Source of the DNA: an uncultured Gammaproteobacteria bacterium
Lineage (GTDB): Bacteria > Pseudomonadota > Gammaproteobacteria > SZUA-229
DNA length: 64,000 nt
Assembly: GCA_963807785.1 (NCBI GenBank)
Contig: CAWEEC010000092.1
Location: forward strand, 6,309 to 70,308
Reading direction: 5' to 3'
Shown here piece after piece: positions 47,001 to 61,409 of the stretch. The notes below the pieces were generated by a model. The model did not search any database and had not been told where the DNA came from. It saw only the letters and a program-made list of their open reading frames with translations. The position numbers were made by a program, and so were the translations under genes. Within the stretch, counting starts at the first letter, position 1. Each line of letters opens with the position of its first letter.

Positions 47001-47495
47001 TGCCTTCTTGTCGGCCGGTACCGGCAATCCGCCTTCGACAATATGAAACACACCCGCAGTAGTGCGTCGATCATTTTTTGGATTATGCAGCACGCCCTGT
47101 TGCACGCGGTAGGATTCGAGCAATGAAGACTGGTATTTGTTTGCATCAAGCGGCAAGGATAACTCGCGTGCAATACCAGGCGCATTAAGCGTAAACGTTT
47201 CACCCGGTAAACTCACAGTGACATCAACATCATTACGTGCAAAATAATCGTTGAGAAAATCCTGTATGCGTTGATCAGCAGGACAGCGATACTCAGCCAG
47301 CAGGCGTCTCTGCTCAGAATAGTTTTTCAGCAGGCTGTCGGCGATTGATAGGTAGCTACGATCTGTGTTGAGCTCACAGCGATGCCCCATTGCCGCCAGC
47401 TGTAAACATATATGCTCCAGGTTGATCTGACGTTGATCAATCGCTCTTCTTTCAGGGCGGGAGTACTGCGCATCAGATTTAATTACCGTAGCCAA
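44037..47495 (-). CDS. 1152-aa conserved protein, possibly PPi-type phosphoenolpyruvate carboxykinase family (uncertain)
   Basis: A single uninterrupted ORF, soluble, with the P-loop-like segment VSGGGKSEISKS. The size and overall look match my recollection of ~1130-1150-aa PPi-PEPCKs. No alignment was possible. Confidence 0.35.
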   Translation of the reverse strand: MATVIKSDAQYSRPERRAIDQRQINLEHICLQLAAMGHRCELNTDRSYLSIADSLLKNYSEQRRLLAEYRCPADQRIQDFLNDYFARNDVDVTVSLPGETFTLNAPGIARELSLPLDANKYQSSLLESYRVQQGVLHNPKNDRRTTAGVFHIVEGGLPVPADKKAVPVAVFANLLQVALDPPTEFMGLPITSQLAKPIDLWVSLLVRPVVRPEVAGVMPAKSLETRMFAPGSLVANLDFVESIFGNAGDPFLSENDAALDIDHWTGHSGCIILAPHLTRLSKKALGLPHIDNATQRQRKDGMCWEDDNELYNDGQAFKIVCRDMSGVVVTIIADNYFGYSKKEVKSQISYSANLFGGVEEEHSGGALAFPRFNLGETYLPKIELEMSGHTFKRLCKQLEGSINIKEQGYAVDLNYPDILYIPETAQIDMQQHHISWYKHGELQQIKLLARHSYLYPSGFKVHMEKHPKAPSWRLIGTLGEGTFCHKPSTVSGGGKSEISKSIQDSMLCGPIYIGDYDKDLDQVEAIFNRDYSNRFRDPSVTDARTLLSNERSLGSVIKLLTPSAEFTDEHNQWLETIAQHILALVFMIKRFYKQKWGKTWRKHFTVDEVNGNPGHELKYQGRKLITGYLRVGIHSDGTWRIYKLRQDFVAAKKVQMEDDITASVVVPTNYVEGLNRDYSNKSIKLVVNCENHLFQRPDDAINRGLDTQTESDLAGTNNFISNFQPLTSLDARELVEDVVGFEEYSEPMQQRIRDAATKPDDQYFVSSSHPRIVNGKPSLNVRYLQQRPDLANPRHKYLAVMGTRLARGLTLEQPVYFPVNSVLQGHRNNPQDKKAGIRPLAVYNPIHYQELPELFMDLICSLTGKSPSTTGAGSEGALTKGPFNSLSTTSDLNNALVAFILCGHHGFTTAAGYIGTRRIDHDISMLIPEIWCRIPVKHRDPEFLIEHGYLEKLDDFEYNGKTVHASRLGYRITDHFVHAYFGKVFDSPTIVFDEVMLRPETQDMDAYVDGIHNITEAQQRVANAYFEDDSVNDACPPLQALLHIMAHGSYEGMNIDDPAIRDMFTRDYLLQSDWYQERLRIKQERDAALWCMNRDYVEQKMDDTNEDETEKWADLNEHFEKAEHMIEWVTSQNYLDRSQGTLGADWVHREKH

Positions 47496-47796
47496 GTTAT
47501 TGCTTCCTGATTTGTTCAGTTCGGAGGGTGTATTTTAATAATCTGGAGTATATATTACCAATTACGCTGCAACTGGCAAAAACGGCTTTGAATGCCAATC
47601 AATATCAACTTCCAGCAGCGTTATATTGATGTTATTAATACCTTGCACTACAAAGGTGCGTAATTACTGGAAGTTACGCTGTATTGGGCAGTGAGATTTA
47701 TGCTGTATCTTGTGATTTTCCAGGCTTATCCGGCCAATGTTCTTCAGCGCGAGATGATGACTGATATTGCAGAAGAACTATGACAGCATACTAAAA

Positions 47797-49155
47797 TTAC
47801 TTTTTGCTCGGTCTCTGCCAGCCGCTGATGGTTTTCTGTGCTGTTCTGCTCAATGTTAGCTCGCCATCTTCCGTATCCCTGGTTATCGTGCTGCCAGCAC
47901 CAATCGTTGAATTTTTACCTACGGTTACCGGAGCAACAAGCTGTGTATCCGAACCTATAAAAGCACCATCCTTGATAATGGTTTTATGTTTGTTGGCGCC
48001 ATCATAGTTACACGTTATCGTACCGGCCCCTATGTTTACATTACTACCAACTTCGGTATCACCCAGATAGGTAAGGTGATTGGCTTTACTGCCAATTCCA
48101 AGTTGCGAGTTTTTAACTTCCACAAAATTGCCGACCCTGCTGTTTTGTTTCAAGTGTGTTCCAGGACGTAGTCTTGCAAAGGGTCCCACTTCGACATCAG
48201 TATCAATGCTTGTGTTCTCGATCACGGAATAAGGTTTGATTACGCATCTATCAGCTATGCTGCTCTCGCTGATCACGCACCCGGCACCAATTGTTACATT
48301 ATTACCAATAGTAACCTTGCCCTCAAAGATACAATTTATATCTATGAATGAGTCATTGCCGATTATGAGCTCACCGCGCACATCAACCCTTGCCGGATCT
48401 GCCATTGATACGCCTTGTGCCATTAGCTCGTTAGCTATTTCGCTTTGTTTTATTCGTTCGAGTCTGGACAACTGGTTTCTGTCGTTCACGCCTTCCACCT
48501 CATATGTATTTTCTGGCTGTGATGTTATTATCTTTTTTCCGTCTTTGACCGCCAGCTCTATTACATCTGTTAAATAATATTCGCCCTGAACATTATTGTT
48601 ATCAATTTTTCTCAAGCACTCGTTGAGGAAACCAGCCTGTAACGCAAGCATGCCAGTATTTACTTCTGTAATTTGTTTTTGTTCATCCGTTGCGTCTTTA
48701 TGCTCAACGATGGCAATCACGTTATCACCATCACGAATGACGCGCCCGTACCCGGTTGGGTCCTGCAGATTAACCGTCAATAATGCAACGGTGTCTGCAG
48801 TGACATTATTAACCAGCGTCTTGAGTGTGTGAGATTTAATTAGGGGAACGTCGCCATACAATATCAGCACAACATGGTCAGCTTCGATATGCGGACTGGC
48901 TTGCTGAACAGCATGCGCTGTTCCCAGCTGCTCTGCCTGTAGCACCCACTCTACATTGAAATTACTACAATAGTCATGGAGGTGTTCGCCGCCGTGCCCA
49001 TAAACGATATGGATATCATCTGTACCAAGCTCAAGACTGCGTTTGTACACATGCTCAAGCATCGGCGTTCCCGCAAGCTTGTGCATTACCTTGGGTAAGG
49101 CGCTTTTCATGCGTGTGCCCTGGCCGGCGGCAAGAATAATCACACTGAGTTTCAT
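47797..49155 (-). CDS. glmU: bifunctional UDP-N-acetylglucosamine pyrophosphorylase / glucosamine-1-phosphate N-acetyltransferase
   Basis: 452 aa: LAAGQGTRMKS, with a left-handed beta-helix hexapeptide C-terminal half. Confidence 0.96.
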   Translation of the reverse strand: MKLSVIILAAGQGTRMKSALPKVMHKLAGTPMLEHVYKRSLELGTDDIHIVYGHGGEHLHDYCSNFNVEWVLQAEQLGTAHAVQQASPHIEADHVVLILYGDVPLIKSHTLKTLVNNVTADTVALLTVNLQDPTGYGRVIRDGDNVIAIVEHKDATDEQKQITEVNTGMLALQAGFLNECLRKIDNNNVQGEYYLTDVIELAVKDGKKIITSQPENTYEVEGVNDRNQLSRLERIKQSEIANELMAQGVSMADPARVDVRGELIIGNDSFIDINCIFEGKVTIGNNVTIGAGCVISESSIADRCVIKPYSVIENTSIDTDVEVGPFARLRPGTHLKQNSRVGNFVEVKNSQLGIGSKANHLTYLGDTEVGSNVNIGAGTITCNYDGANKHKTIIKDGAFIGSDTQLVAPVTVGKNSTIGAGSTITRDTEDGELTLSRTAQKTISGWQRPSKK

Positions 49156-49172
49156 GCAATTGCCTTGTATTG

Positions 49173-49197
49173 AAAAAAGGCCGGGATTAACCGGCCT
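49173..49197 (-). terminator. rho-independent terminator after atpC, 18 nt before the glmU start
   Basis: Minus-strand RNA AGGCCGG-UUAAUC-CCGGCCU followed by U6. Confidence 0.8.
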
Positions 49198-49238
49198 GGT
49201 AATAATAGCTTATATACACGCGCAGTGATGGCGATTGC

Positions 49239-49658
49239 TTATTTTCTTCTGCGCAGCTTCTTGATGGTTTCGATTTTAGCGATAGCTTCGATCAGCTCCG
49301 CCTTGGCGCGTGCATAATCCAGATCTGATTTCTTGTCCGCCATGGCGGCTTCAGCCTGGGCTTTGGCTTCTTTCGCTGCGGCTTCGTCAATATCTGCAGC
49401 TCTGATCGCCGTATCTGAAAGGATGGTCACGACGTGTGGCTGTACTTCGAGGATTCCACCATTAACGAAGAATGACTGCTCTTCACCGTCCTGCAGAATG
49501 ATACGCACTTCGCCTGGCTTCAACTTGGTGAGCAGGGGAGCATGGCGCGGGTGAATACCAACTTCGCCCATCTCTGCAGGCGCATAGCATTCGATGACTG
49601 TGCCCGAATATATCTCGGTTTCAGCGCTTACGATATCTACGTGCATTGTCATTGACAT
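49239..49658 (-). CDS. atpC: F1 ATP synthase epsilon subunit
   Basis: 139 aa, typical epsilon sequence and operon position. Confidence 0.95.
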   Translation of the reverse strand: MSMTMHVDIVSAETEIYSGTVIECYAPAEMGEVGIHPRHAPLLTKLKPGEVRIILQDGEEQSFFVNGGILEVQPHVVTILSDTAIRAADIDEAAAKEAKAQAEAAMADKKSDLDYARAKAELIEAIAKIETIKKLRRRK

Positions 49659-49678
49659 GTTATATCACTCTTTGCCAA

Positions 49679-51091
<1,413 letters not shown>

Positions 51092-51100
51092 TCAACGTGT

Positions 51101-51966
51101 TTAAACAGCTGCAGCACCACTGACGATTTCGGAAATTTCCTGGGTAATCGCGGCCTGTCTGGCTTTGTTATAAACGGTTTGTAATTCTTTAATTATGTCG
51201 CCGGCATTATCTGTTGCGCTCTTCATCGCAACCATGCGGGCTGACATTTCACTGGCAATATTCTCAACCAGGCCCTGGTAGACCTGGGACTCGATGAAGC
51301 GGAACATCAGGCCATCAATGATGTGCCTGGCCTCGGGCTCATAGATATAGTCCCAGTGGTGCTCCAGCTCCTGGTCAAGCTCACCGCTGATGGGAACCAT
51401 CTGGTGAATTGTCGGCTGCTGCGTCATGGTATTAACAAATTCGTTATGCACTAGATAGAGGCGATCAATTTTGCCTTCGTCATAGGCATCCAGCATCACC
51501 TTAACGGTACCAATCAGGTCTTCCATCGAGGGATTGTCACCCAGATGATCCACCTGGGCCACCAGCTTGCACTTGAAACGGCCGAAAAAACCTGACCGCT
51601 TTTTTGCCAATGGCACACACATCCACTTCAACACCCTGGCTGTCCCATTCCATCATCTCTCGTACCGTCGCCTTGAACATGTTTGTATTCAAACCGCCGC
51701 AGAGGCCGCGATCGGTGGAAACGATGATGTAGCCAACACGATTTACTTGCTCGCGATCACTCAAATAAGGATGTTTGTACTCGGGATGGGCCTGCGCCAG
51801 ATGCGCCAGCACGTTGCGGATTTTTTCGGCATACGGGCGCGCAGGCATGCATACGGTCCTGTGCTTTACGCATTTTACTCGCAGCAACCATTTCCATGGC
51901 CTTGGTGATCTTCTGAGTATTCTGAATACTCTTGATCTTGGTGCGTATTTCTTTTGCGCCTGCCAT
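51101..51966 (-). pseudogene. atpG: F1 ATP synthase gamma subunit, interrupted by two +1 frameshifts
   Basis: Three overlapping fragments together rebuild a 287-aa AtpG colinear with E. coli. The span is 866 nt (3n+2). The extra bases are near 51843 (GCC-T-GCG) and in the A6 run at 51585..51590 (T6 on the coding strand). Confidence 0.9.
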
Positions 51967-51997
51967 TTCTTTATCCCGTTATCCTGTTATTTCTCGC

Positions 51998-53541
<1,544 letters not shown>

Positions 53542-53553
53542 TTTAATTTCCTC

Positions 53554-54090
53554 TTAACGGCTCAAATTTATCGCCAGCGACTCGAGCTGGGATTTCATTG
53601 AACCATCGATAATTGTGTCTCCGGCCTTGATAACAACGCCACCAATAAGTGATTCATCGGTTGATGTGGTAATTGATACATCACGGCCCAGTTTGCTTTT
53701 CAACATGTCGGTAATGGCCTGTTCCTGTTCGCCGCTGAGTGCGAATGCAGAAATCACCTGGGCTTCAATTTTTCCCTCGGCTTCTGCGCGGTAGGTTTCA
53801 AACTGACGGGCAACTTCCGCAAGCGCTTTGAGGCGTCCGTTTTCGGCCATTAATCTGACCAGGTTCTGTTGCTGCTGATTGAGCTTGTCAGACAAGACTT
53901 TCAGCATCAGCTCGCCTTTCTGTTCTTTACTGAGTTGCGGCTGCTCGAGCACGTCCTGCATGCCTGCATCAGATGCGACTGCAGCCATCAATGCCAGTGC
54001 CTCATCCCAGCTATCGACAGATGCTGTCTGGGTTGCAAGCGCATAAACCGCGCGGGCATAGGGACGTGCTGTAGTGGTGTAGTCTGCCAT
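53554..54090 (-). CDS. atpH: F1 ATP synthase delta subunit
   Basis: 178 aa, OSCP/delta family, correct operon position. Confidence 0.93.
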   Translation of the reverse strand: MADYTTTARPYARAVYALATQTASVDSWDEALALMAAVASDAGMQDVLEQPQLSKEQKGELMLKVLSDKLNQQQQNLVRLMAENGRLKALAEVARQFETYRAEAEGKIEAQVISAFALSGEQEQAITDMLKSKLGRDVSITTSTDESLIGGVVIKAGDTIIDGSMKSQLESLAINLSR

Positions 54091-54108
54091 GGTGCGTCAG
54101 TCTCCAGC

Positions 54109-54579
54109 CTAAAGCTGTGCCGCCAGGTCATCGAGCGCGCTTGAGTGCGCTGCATTATCGACTTCGCGCTTGAGCACCTTCTCTGCACCGGCAATTGCCA
54201 GCGTGACGACTTCCTTGCGTAAATGCTCGCGCGCGCGATTAACTTCCTGCTCGATTTCAGCATTGGCTCCAAGCTTGATACGCTCGGCTTCAGTTCTTGC
54301 GTCACCCTTGGCTTCATCGACTATTTCAGTCGCACGTTTCTGCGCCTGCGCAATAATGTCCGCCGCCTGGCCCTTGGCCTTTTTCAACTGTTCAGCGACT
54401 TTTTTCTCAGCCAGTTCCTGTTCATGCTGTCCACGTTCCGCTGCAGCCAGGCCATCTGCAATCTTTTTCTTGCGCGCAGTCAGTGCGTTGACAAGGGGTG
54501 GCCACACGAAGGCGTAACAGAACCACACAAACACGGCAAAAGTGATCGATTGCCCAATCAGCGTTAAATTGATATTCAT
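54109..54579 (-). CDS. atpF: Fo ATP synthase b subunit
   Basis: 156 aa with an N-terminal TM helix and a long charged helix. Confidence 0.93.
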   Translation of the reverse strand: MNINLTLIGQSITFAVFVWFCYAFVWPPLVNALTARKKKIADGLAAAERGQHEQELAEKKVAEQLKKAKGQAADIIAQAQKRATEIVDEAKGDARTEAERIKLGANAEIEQEVNRAREHLRKEVVTLAIAGAEKVLKREVDNAAHSSALDDLAAQL

Positions 54580-54610
54580 ACGCTAGTACCGTTTCTGATT
54601 ATGTCGCTTG

Positions 54611-54874
<264 letters not shown>

Positions 54875-54889
54875 TTAATTAATTCTGTG

Positions 54890-56217
<1,328 letters not shown>

Positions 56218-56338
56218 TCGAGCTAACCTTCAGCGCAGGTGACTGTTTGCGCGGCTTTGGAACGCGCGCAGATTATAAGTAGCGCGCTCTTGCTGGTCAA
56301 GTTGATATGTTGTTATAAAAGTATTTTATGGGCGTGTT

Positions 56339-57205
56339 TTACTGGATGTGCGCCAGAATACCCTCGAGCTCATCCAGCGAACTGTAATTGATTTCCAGTC
56401 GACCCTTGCCTTTGGTTTTCTGATGAATATTAACGGCAGCCCCGAGCTTTTCTGACAAATCGCTTTCCAGTTTTTTGATATCCGGGTCCTTGGCCAAGGG
56501 CCTGGGCTTTTTCGCCGGATTCAGCGTCTTGCGTACCAGCTGTTCGGTCTCACGCACGGACAAACCTTTTTTCGCGGTTTCCCTCGCGAGCTGGCTTTGC
56601 ACTGCGCCGGTGACACCGAGCAGGGCGCGCGCGTGGCCCATTTCAATGGTTCGCTGCTCCAGCAGCTGTTTCACATCGGCATTCAAATCCTGCAGCCGCA
56701 ACAGGTTGGTCACCGCGGCACGGGAGCGCGCTACGGTATCAGCGACTTGCTGATGCGTCATACTGAACTCGTCGATCAAGCGCTGTAACGCGACCGATTC
56801 TTCCAGTGGATTAAGGTTTTCGCGCTGTATGTTCTCGATCAAAGATACAGCCGCAGCGGTCTGGTCATCAAAGTGCTTGATGACGGCAGGCACCTGTTCG
56901 AGCCCGGCTATTTGCGCAGCACGCCAGCGCCTTTCACCCGCGACGATCTCGTAGCTGTTATCAGCGCCAGCCCGTACTACGATCGGCTGCACCACGCCCT
57001 GGGAACGGATCGAGTCGGCCAGTTCATTGAGCGTCTGTTCATCAAAATGGGTCCGCGGCTGCCACGGTCCGCGCCTGACCAGGTCAATCGCAAGTTCACG
57101 CAGCTCATCCTGGTGTTGAACAGTGGTCATGGCCTCGACCGTATCGGTGCCGCCAAGCAAGGCATTTAATCCTCGACCCAGGCCTTTTTTCTTTGTTGCC
57201 ATCAT
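56339..57205 (-). CDS. parB: chromosome partitioning protein ParB
   Basis: 288 aa: GLGRGLNALL, IVAGERRWRAA, HTH region. Confidence 0.95.
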   Translation of the reverse strand: MMATKKKGLGRGLNALLGGTDTVEAMTTVQHQDELRELAIDLVRRGPWQPRTHFDEQTLNELADSIRSQGVVQPIVVRAGADNSYEIVAGERRWRAAQIAGLEQVPAVIKHFDDQTAAAVSLIENIQRENLNPLEESVALQRLIDEFSMTHQQVADTVARSRAAVTNLLRLQDLNADVKQLLEQRTIEMGHARALLGVTGAVQSQLARETAKKGLSVRETEQLVRKTLNPAKKPRPLAKDPDIKKLESDLSEKLGAAVNIHQKTKGKGRLEINYSSLDELEGILAHIQ

Positions 57206-57244
57206 TATTACCGTTGAGAACTCTGCTTAATTTATCCGCTACAC

Positions 57245-58054
57245 TCAGACCATGGCTGGCGCATCTGCCGATGCTTGTGTTGAAGCATTGCGTGCATTAC
57301 GTCGCAATATTTCACCGGCCAGCGCCAGGTAGGCAAGTGCGCCACGCGAAGTCTTTTCATACAGTAATGCCGGTAGACCGTAACTGGGTGCTTCTGCAAG
57401 TCGAACATTGCGCGGCACGATGGTGCGGTATACCTTGTCGCCAAAATGCTCGACTAATTGTGCCGATACATCATTTGACAGGGTATTGCGCGGATCAAAC
57501 ATGGTACGCAACAGGCCCTCGATTTGCAGATGTGGATTAACCGATGAACGTACCTGCTCGATAGTATCGAGCAGCGACGTCAGCCCTTCGAGTGCATAGT
57601 ATTCGCATTGCATCGGGATAATGACGCCATCAGCAGCAACCATGGCATTCAGTGTCAACATGTTTAACGCCGGCGGACAATCCAGGATGACAAATTCGTA
57701 GTCATGCTTGATGTTAGCAAGACACTCCTTCAACCGCGTTTCAGCCCCGTTGGAGCGCATCAGCTCGACTTCGGCCGCAGTCAGATCGCTGTTTGACGGC
57801 AGCAGATCTATGCCAACGTTTTCAACATGCTGCAGGCAACTGCGTGCATCCAGGCCCTGTAGCAGCACATCACACAGCGTCGTTTCGAGCGCACGTTTAT
57901 CAACGCCAACGCCCATGGTGGCATTGCCCTGTGGATCCAGATCAACCAGCAGGACCTTGCGTTTGGTGGCAGCAAGCGATGCGGCAAGATTCACACTGGT
58001 CGTGGTTTTGCCTACCCCGCCTTTCTGGTTAGCGAGCGCCATTACTTGAGTCAT
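57245..58054 (-). CDS. parA: chromosome partitioning ATPase ParA (Soj)
   Basis: Start ATG 58054 (MTQVMALANQKGGVGKTTT, deviant Walker A), 1 nt after the rsmG stop. Confidence 0.95.
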   Translation of the reverse strand: MTQVMALANQKGGVGKTTTSVNLAASLAATKRKVLLVDLDPQGNATMGVGVDKRALETTLCDVLLQGLDARSCLQHVENVGIDLLPSNSDLTAAEVELMRSNGAETRLKECLANIKHDYEFVILDCPPALNMLTLNAMVAADGVIIPMQCEYYALEGLTSLLDTIEQVRSSVNPHLQIEGLLRTMFDPRNTLSNDVSAQLVEHFGDKVYRTIVPRNVRLAEAPSYGLPALLYEKTSRGALAYLALAGEILRRNARNASTQASADAPAMV

Positions 58055-58055
58055 A

Positions 58056-58691
58056 TCAGTGTGTTTTCTCGATTTCGAGTAAATGCCTTTCAGCGTCCAG
58101 CCCATATATATTCAATGTATGTGATTGTTTCAAGACATAACCTGGAACATCAATTGATTCATCAAGCTTGCCCTGCATGATCAATATCCGGGTCTCCGGT
58201 TTATGCAAATGCGCCGTATTTTTAACAATCTCTCTGCTGTCTGCATAGGCGCGTGCAATCACTGCATCGAAGTATATCCTATGATCATCCATCATGGGTG
58301 AATAGGCTTCAACCCGTTGATTGACCACTTCGACATTGGCAAGTCCGAGGGTTATTTTGGCCTGGGTCAGAAAGCGGGCTTTTTTGCCATTACTGTCAAG
58401 CAACACAAAGCGATTGTGCGGCATAGCGATCGCCAGTGGTATACCGGGCAAACCGGCACCACTACCCACATCGAGTATCAGGCCTGCGCCGATATAGGGC
58501 AACACAGCAAGGCTGTCCAGTAAATGTTTACTCAACATCTCACTGCTGTCGCGGATGGCGGTCAGGTTGAAAGCCCGGTTCCAGTGACTGAGCAGGCCAA
58601 GATAGTCAATCAGTTTATGCGTGGCGGACTCGGGCAGTCCGATGTCCATGGCCTCGAGGCCGATATTTAATTCTGTTAACAGGCTTTCCAC
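58056..58691 (-). CDS. rsmG: 16S rRNA (guanine527-N7)-methyltransferase
   Basis: 211 aa: SAM-binding DVGSGAGLPGIPLAI. Confidence 0.95.
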   Translation of the reverse strand: MESLLTELNIGLEAMDIGLPESATHKLIDYLGLLSHWNRAFNLTAIRDSSEMLSKHLLDSLAVLPYIGAGLILDVGSGAGLPGIPLAIAMPHNRFVLLDSNGKKARFLTQAKITLGLANVEVVNQRVEAYSPMMDDHRIYFDAVIARAYADSREIVKNTAHLHKPETRILIMQGKLDESIDVPGYVLKQSHTLNIYGLDAERHLLEIEKTH

Positions 58692-58707
58692 TAATTGGCG
58701 CAGATCA

Positions 58708-60589
58708 TTAATGCGAAGCTTTTTTCAGGTGTACCATCAATAATGAGATCGCAGCGGGCGTCACTCCTGGAATACGACTGGCCTGGCCGATGGTCTGCGG
58801 CCGAAAATCTGTCAGCTTCTGGGTAACTTCTGCAGACAGTCCCCGCACGGACTGGTAGTCGATCACGTTTGGTATCAGTGTCTGCTCATGGCGGCGGGCT
58901 TTCTCGATTTCAGCATGCTGCCGTTGGAGATAACCCGAGTATTTGGCCTGGATTTCCACCTGTTCTGCCACGGCAGCATCGCTGACGGCGCCGCCAATCG
59001 CGGCTGTCAGCTTTTGATAGTCGATTTCGGGCCGACGCAATAGATCGCTGGCCTTGTAATCGCGCGACAGCGGCTTATCGAGATAAGCCGATAATTGCTC
59101 GCCGGGTTCCGAATCAGGCAGTACTGTGAGCCCACTCAAACGGCGTTGTTCATGGGCTATAGCCTCGCTTTTTTGCGCAAACGCGCGCCAGTGCGCAGCG
59201 TTGATCAGGCCCATTTCACGCGCTACCGAGGTTAATCTCAGGTCCGCATTGTCTTCGCGTAATATCAGGCGATATTCGGCACGGCTGGTAAACATACGGT
59301 AGGGCTCGGTGGTACCGCGCGTAATCAGATCATCGACCAGTACGCCCAGGTAAGCCTGATCGCGAGCGGGTGTCCAGGCTTCCTGTTGCTGCACTCGGCG
59401 AGTGGCATTAATGGCTGCCAGCAAGCCCTGTGCCGCTGCTTCTTCATAACCGGTGGTACCGTTGATTTGCCCTGCGAAAAACAGGCCATGAATGAATTTG
59501 GTTTCGAGTGATGCTTTCAGGTCACGCGGATCAAAATAATCATATTCGATGGCATAGCCGGGGCGGGTGATGTGGGCATGCTCAAATCCCTTCATCGAGC
59601 GCACGAATGCGAGCTGGACATCAAACGGCAGGCTGGTTGAAATACCGTTGGGATACACCTCGTGCGTGTTCAGACCTTCGGGTTCGATGAAAATCTGGTG
59701 CGCGTCCTTATCGGCAAAACGCACGATCTTGTCTTCGATCGACGGACAGTAACGCGGGCCAATGCCTTCGATAACACCGCTGTACATCGGTGAACGGTCC
59801 AGGCCGCCACGGATGATGTCATGTGTGCGGTTATTGGTATGGGTGATGTGGCAGCTGATCTGTTGCGGGTGTTGTTCAGTCTTGACCGGTGAAAGAGAAT
59901 ACCGGTGTCGGGGTATCGCCCGGCTGTTCCTGCAAGCCGGAGTAATCAATGCTGCGGCCGTCAATGCGGGGCGGGGTGCCGGTTTTCAATCGGCCTACAC
60001 GGAAAGGCAGTTCTCGCAAACGATGTGCCAGCGCTATCGATGGCGGATCCCCGGCACGACCGCCTGAATGGTGACTTTCGCCGATATGGATCTTGCCGCC
60101 CAGGAAGGTGCCCACGGTCAAAACCACCGACCGCGCGCGGAATTTAAGCCCCATCTGGGTAATAACGCCGCAAACCTGGTCGCCCTGCCCATCGTTGGCG
60201 ATAATCAGGTCATCAACCGCCTGCTGGAAGATGGAAAGATTGGGCTGATTTTCCAGCGCCTGTCGAATCGCGGCCTTGTACAGCACTCGATCGGCCTGGG
60301 CCCGGGTAGCCCGTACCGCTGGTCCCTTGCGGCTGTTGAGCATACGGAACTGGATGCCACCCCGGTCAGCCGCCTTTGCCATGATGCCACCCATGGCATC
60401 GATTTCTTTTACCAGATGGCCCTTGCCAATACCGCCGATGGCCGGGTTGCAGCTCATTTGCCCCAGGGTCTCGATGTTGTGAGACAGCAACAGGGTTTTT
60501 ACACCCATGCGCGCGGCCGCCAGCGCGGCCTCGGTGCCTGCATGGCCACCGCCGATCACGATCACATCAAAACTTTCACTATAGAACAT
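58708..60589 (-). pseudogene. mnmG: tRNA uridine-5-carboxymethylaminomethyl modification enzyme MnmG, interrupted by one +1 frameshift
   Basis: A 237-aa N-terminal fragment and a 418-aa C-terminal fragment overlap at 59876..59964. Removing one base near 59884 (GGT-C-AAG) gives [24 protein letters not shown], colinear with E. coli MnmG. The span is 1882 nt (3n+1). Confidence 0.9.
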
Positions 60590-60803
60590 TACTCATCTGC
60601 TCACATAAACCCAGGCCGCAAATTATAAATTAATCATGCATTTATTTCTTTTTGATTTTGTCCGGGTTTTCGCACTGGGACCGGTCTGGTTTGTATACTG
60701 ACGTCAGGCATAAGCTGTTTATATAGAATCCATATCTAACAAAGTGCTACATCGTTACAACACCAATGGAACTCTGTCCGTGAATAACAGTCTGTCATTG
60801 GTG

Positions 60804-61409
60804 ATGAAAATTTACCGAATCAATATGTCTTCTGTTTACAGGTTATTTTTTGTAACGTGTTTACTTGGTGTCCTTTTTATAACCCCGAATTTCGCGACTG
60901 GTGCTGTTAAACAACAGGCTGATGACACCATTGCTTCCGGATACAGTGCACTCAAACTTTTCCTTGAGGACGAACAACACCTGACAACCATCCGGCGCGT
61001 TAAAACCGTGCTTACTTTTGAGGGTATCAGCGACGGATCTAAAAAACTTATCGACGACATAGCCGACTCCTCAGAACAGGCGCTTGAGGAACTGGAAAAA
61101 CTTGCAGCAGCCAAACCGGTTATCGTGTTTCACGACTTTTCTGATGATTCAATCGGCAAGGCCACGCTCGATTCTTTACGTATCGCTACCGCAAAAGAAT
61201 TTCTCCTGGACACCGATGACTTCGAAAAGAACCTGTTGCTCAGCCAGTCCAAAATCCTGCGCGTAATTAGTCATCTAGCCCGGCAGCTGGAACAAAAAGA
61301 AACCAGCGTCAGGCGTAAGGCCTGGCTCAACAAGCTTGCTCTCCGTTTTGAAAATTATTATCAGCAAGTGTATGCGCGGATATCAGTTACGGGGAAAGCA
61401 AGCGCATAA
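60804..61409 (+). CDS. hypothetical secreted protein
   Basis: A signal-like segment (VYRLFFVTCLLGVLFITPNFATG) followed by a helical, acidic protein. No family recognised. The start is uncertain (60744, 60804 or 60825). Confidence 0.55.
   Translation: MKIYRINMSSVYRLFFVTCLLGVLFITPNFATGAVKQQADDTIASGYSALKLFLEDEQHLTTIRRVKTVLTFEGISDGSKKLIDDIADSSEQALEELEKLAAAKPVIVFHDFSDDSIGKATLDSLRIATAKEFLLDTDDFEKNLLLSQSKILRVISHLARQLEQKETSVRRKAWLNKLALRFENYYQQVYARISVTGKASA

Noticed and set aside
56218-56338. parS centromere site near parAB.
   Set aside because: I looked for TGTTCCACGTGGAACA-like palindromes around parAB and atpI and found none by eye. I cannot exclude degenerate sites without a scan.
60590-60803. 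oriC next to mnmG (gidA), as in E. coli.
   Set aside because: I found no TTATCCACA-type DnaA boxes, no AT-rich 13-mer array and no GATC cluster in this 214-nt spacer or elsewhere in the window. In many gammaproteobacteria oriC lies by dnaA/rpmH instead.
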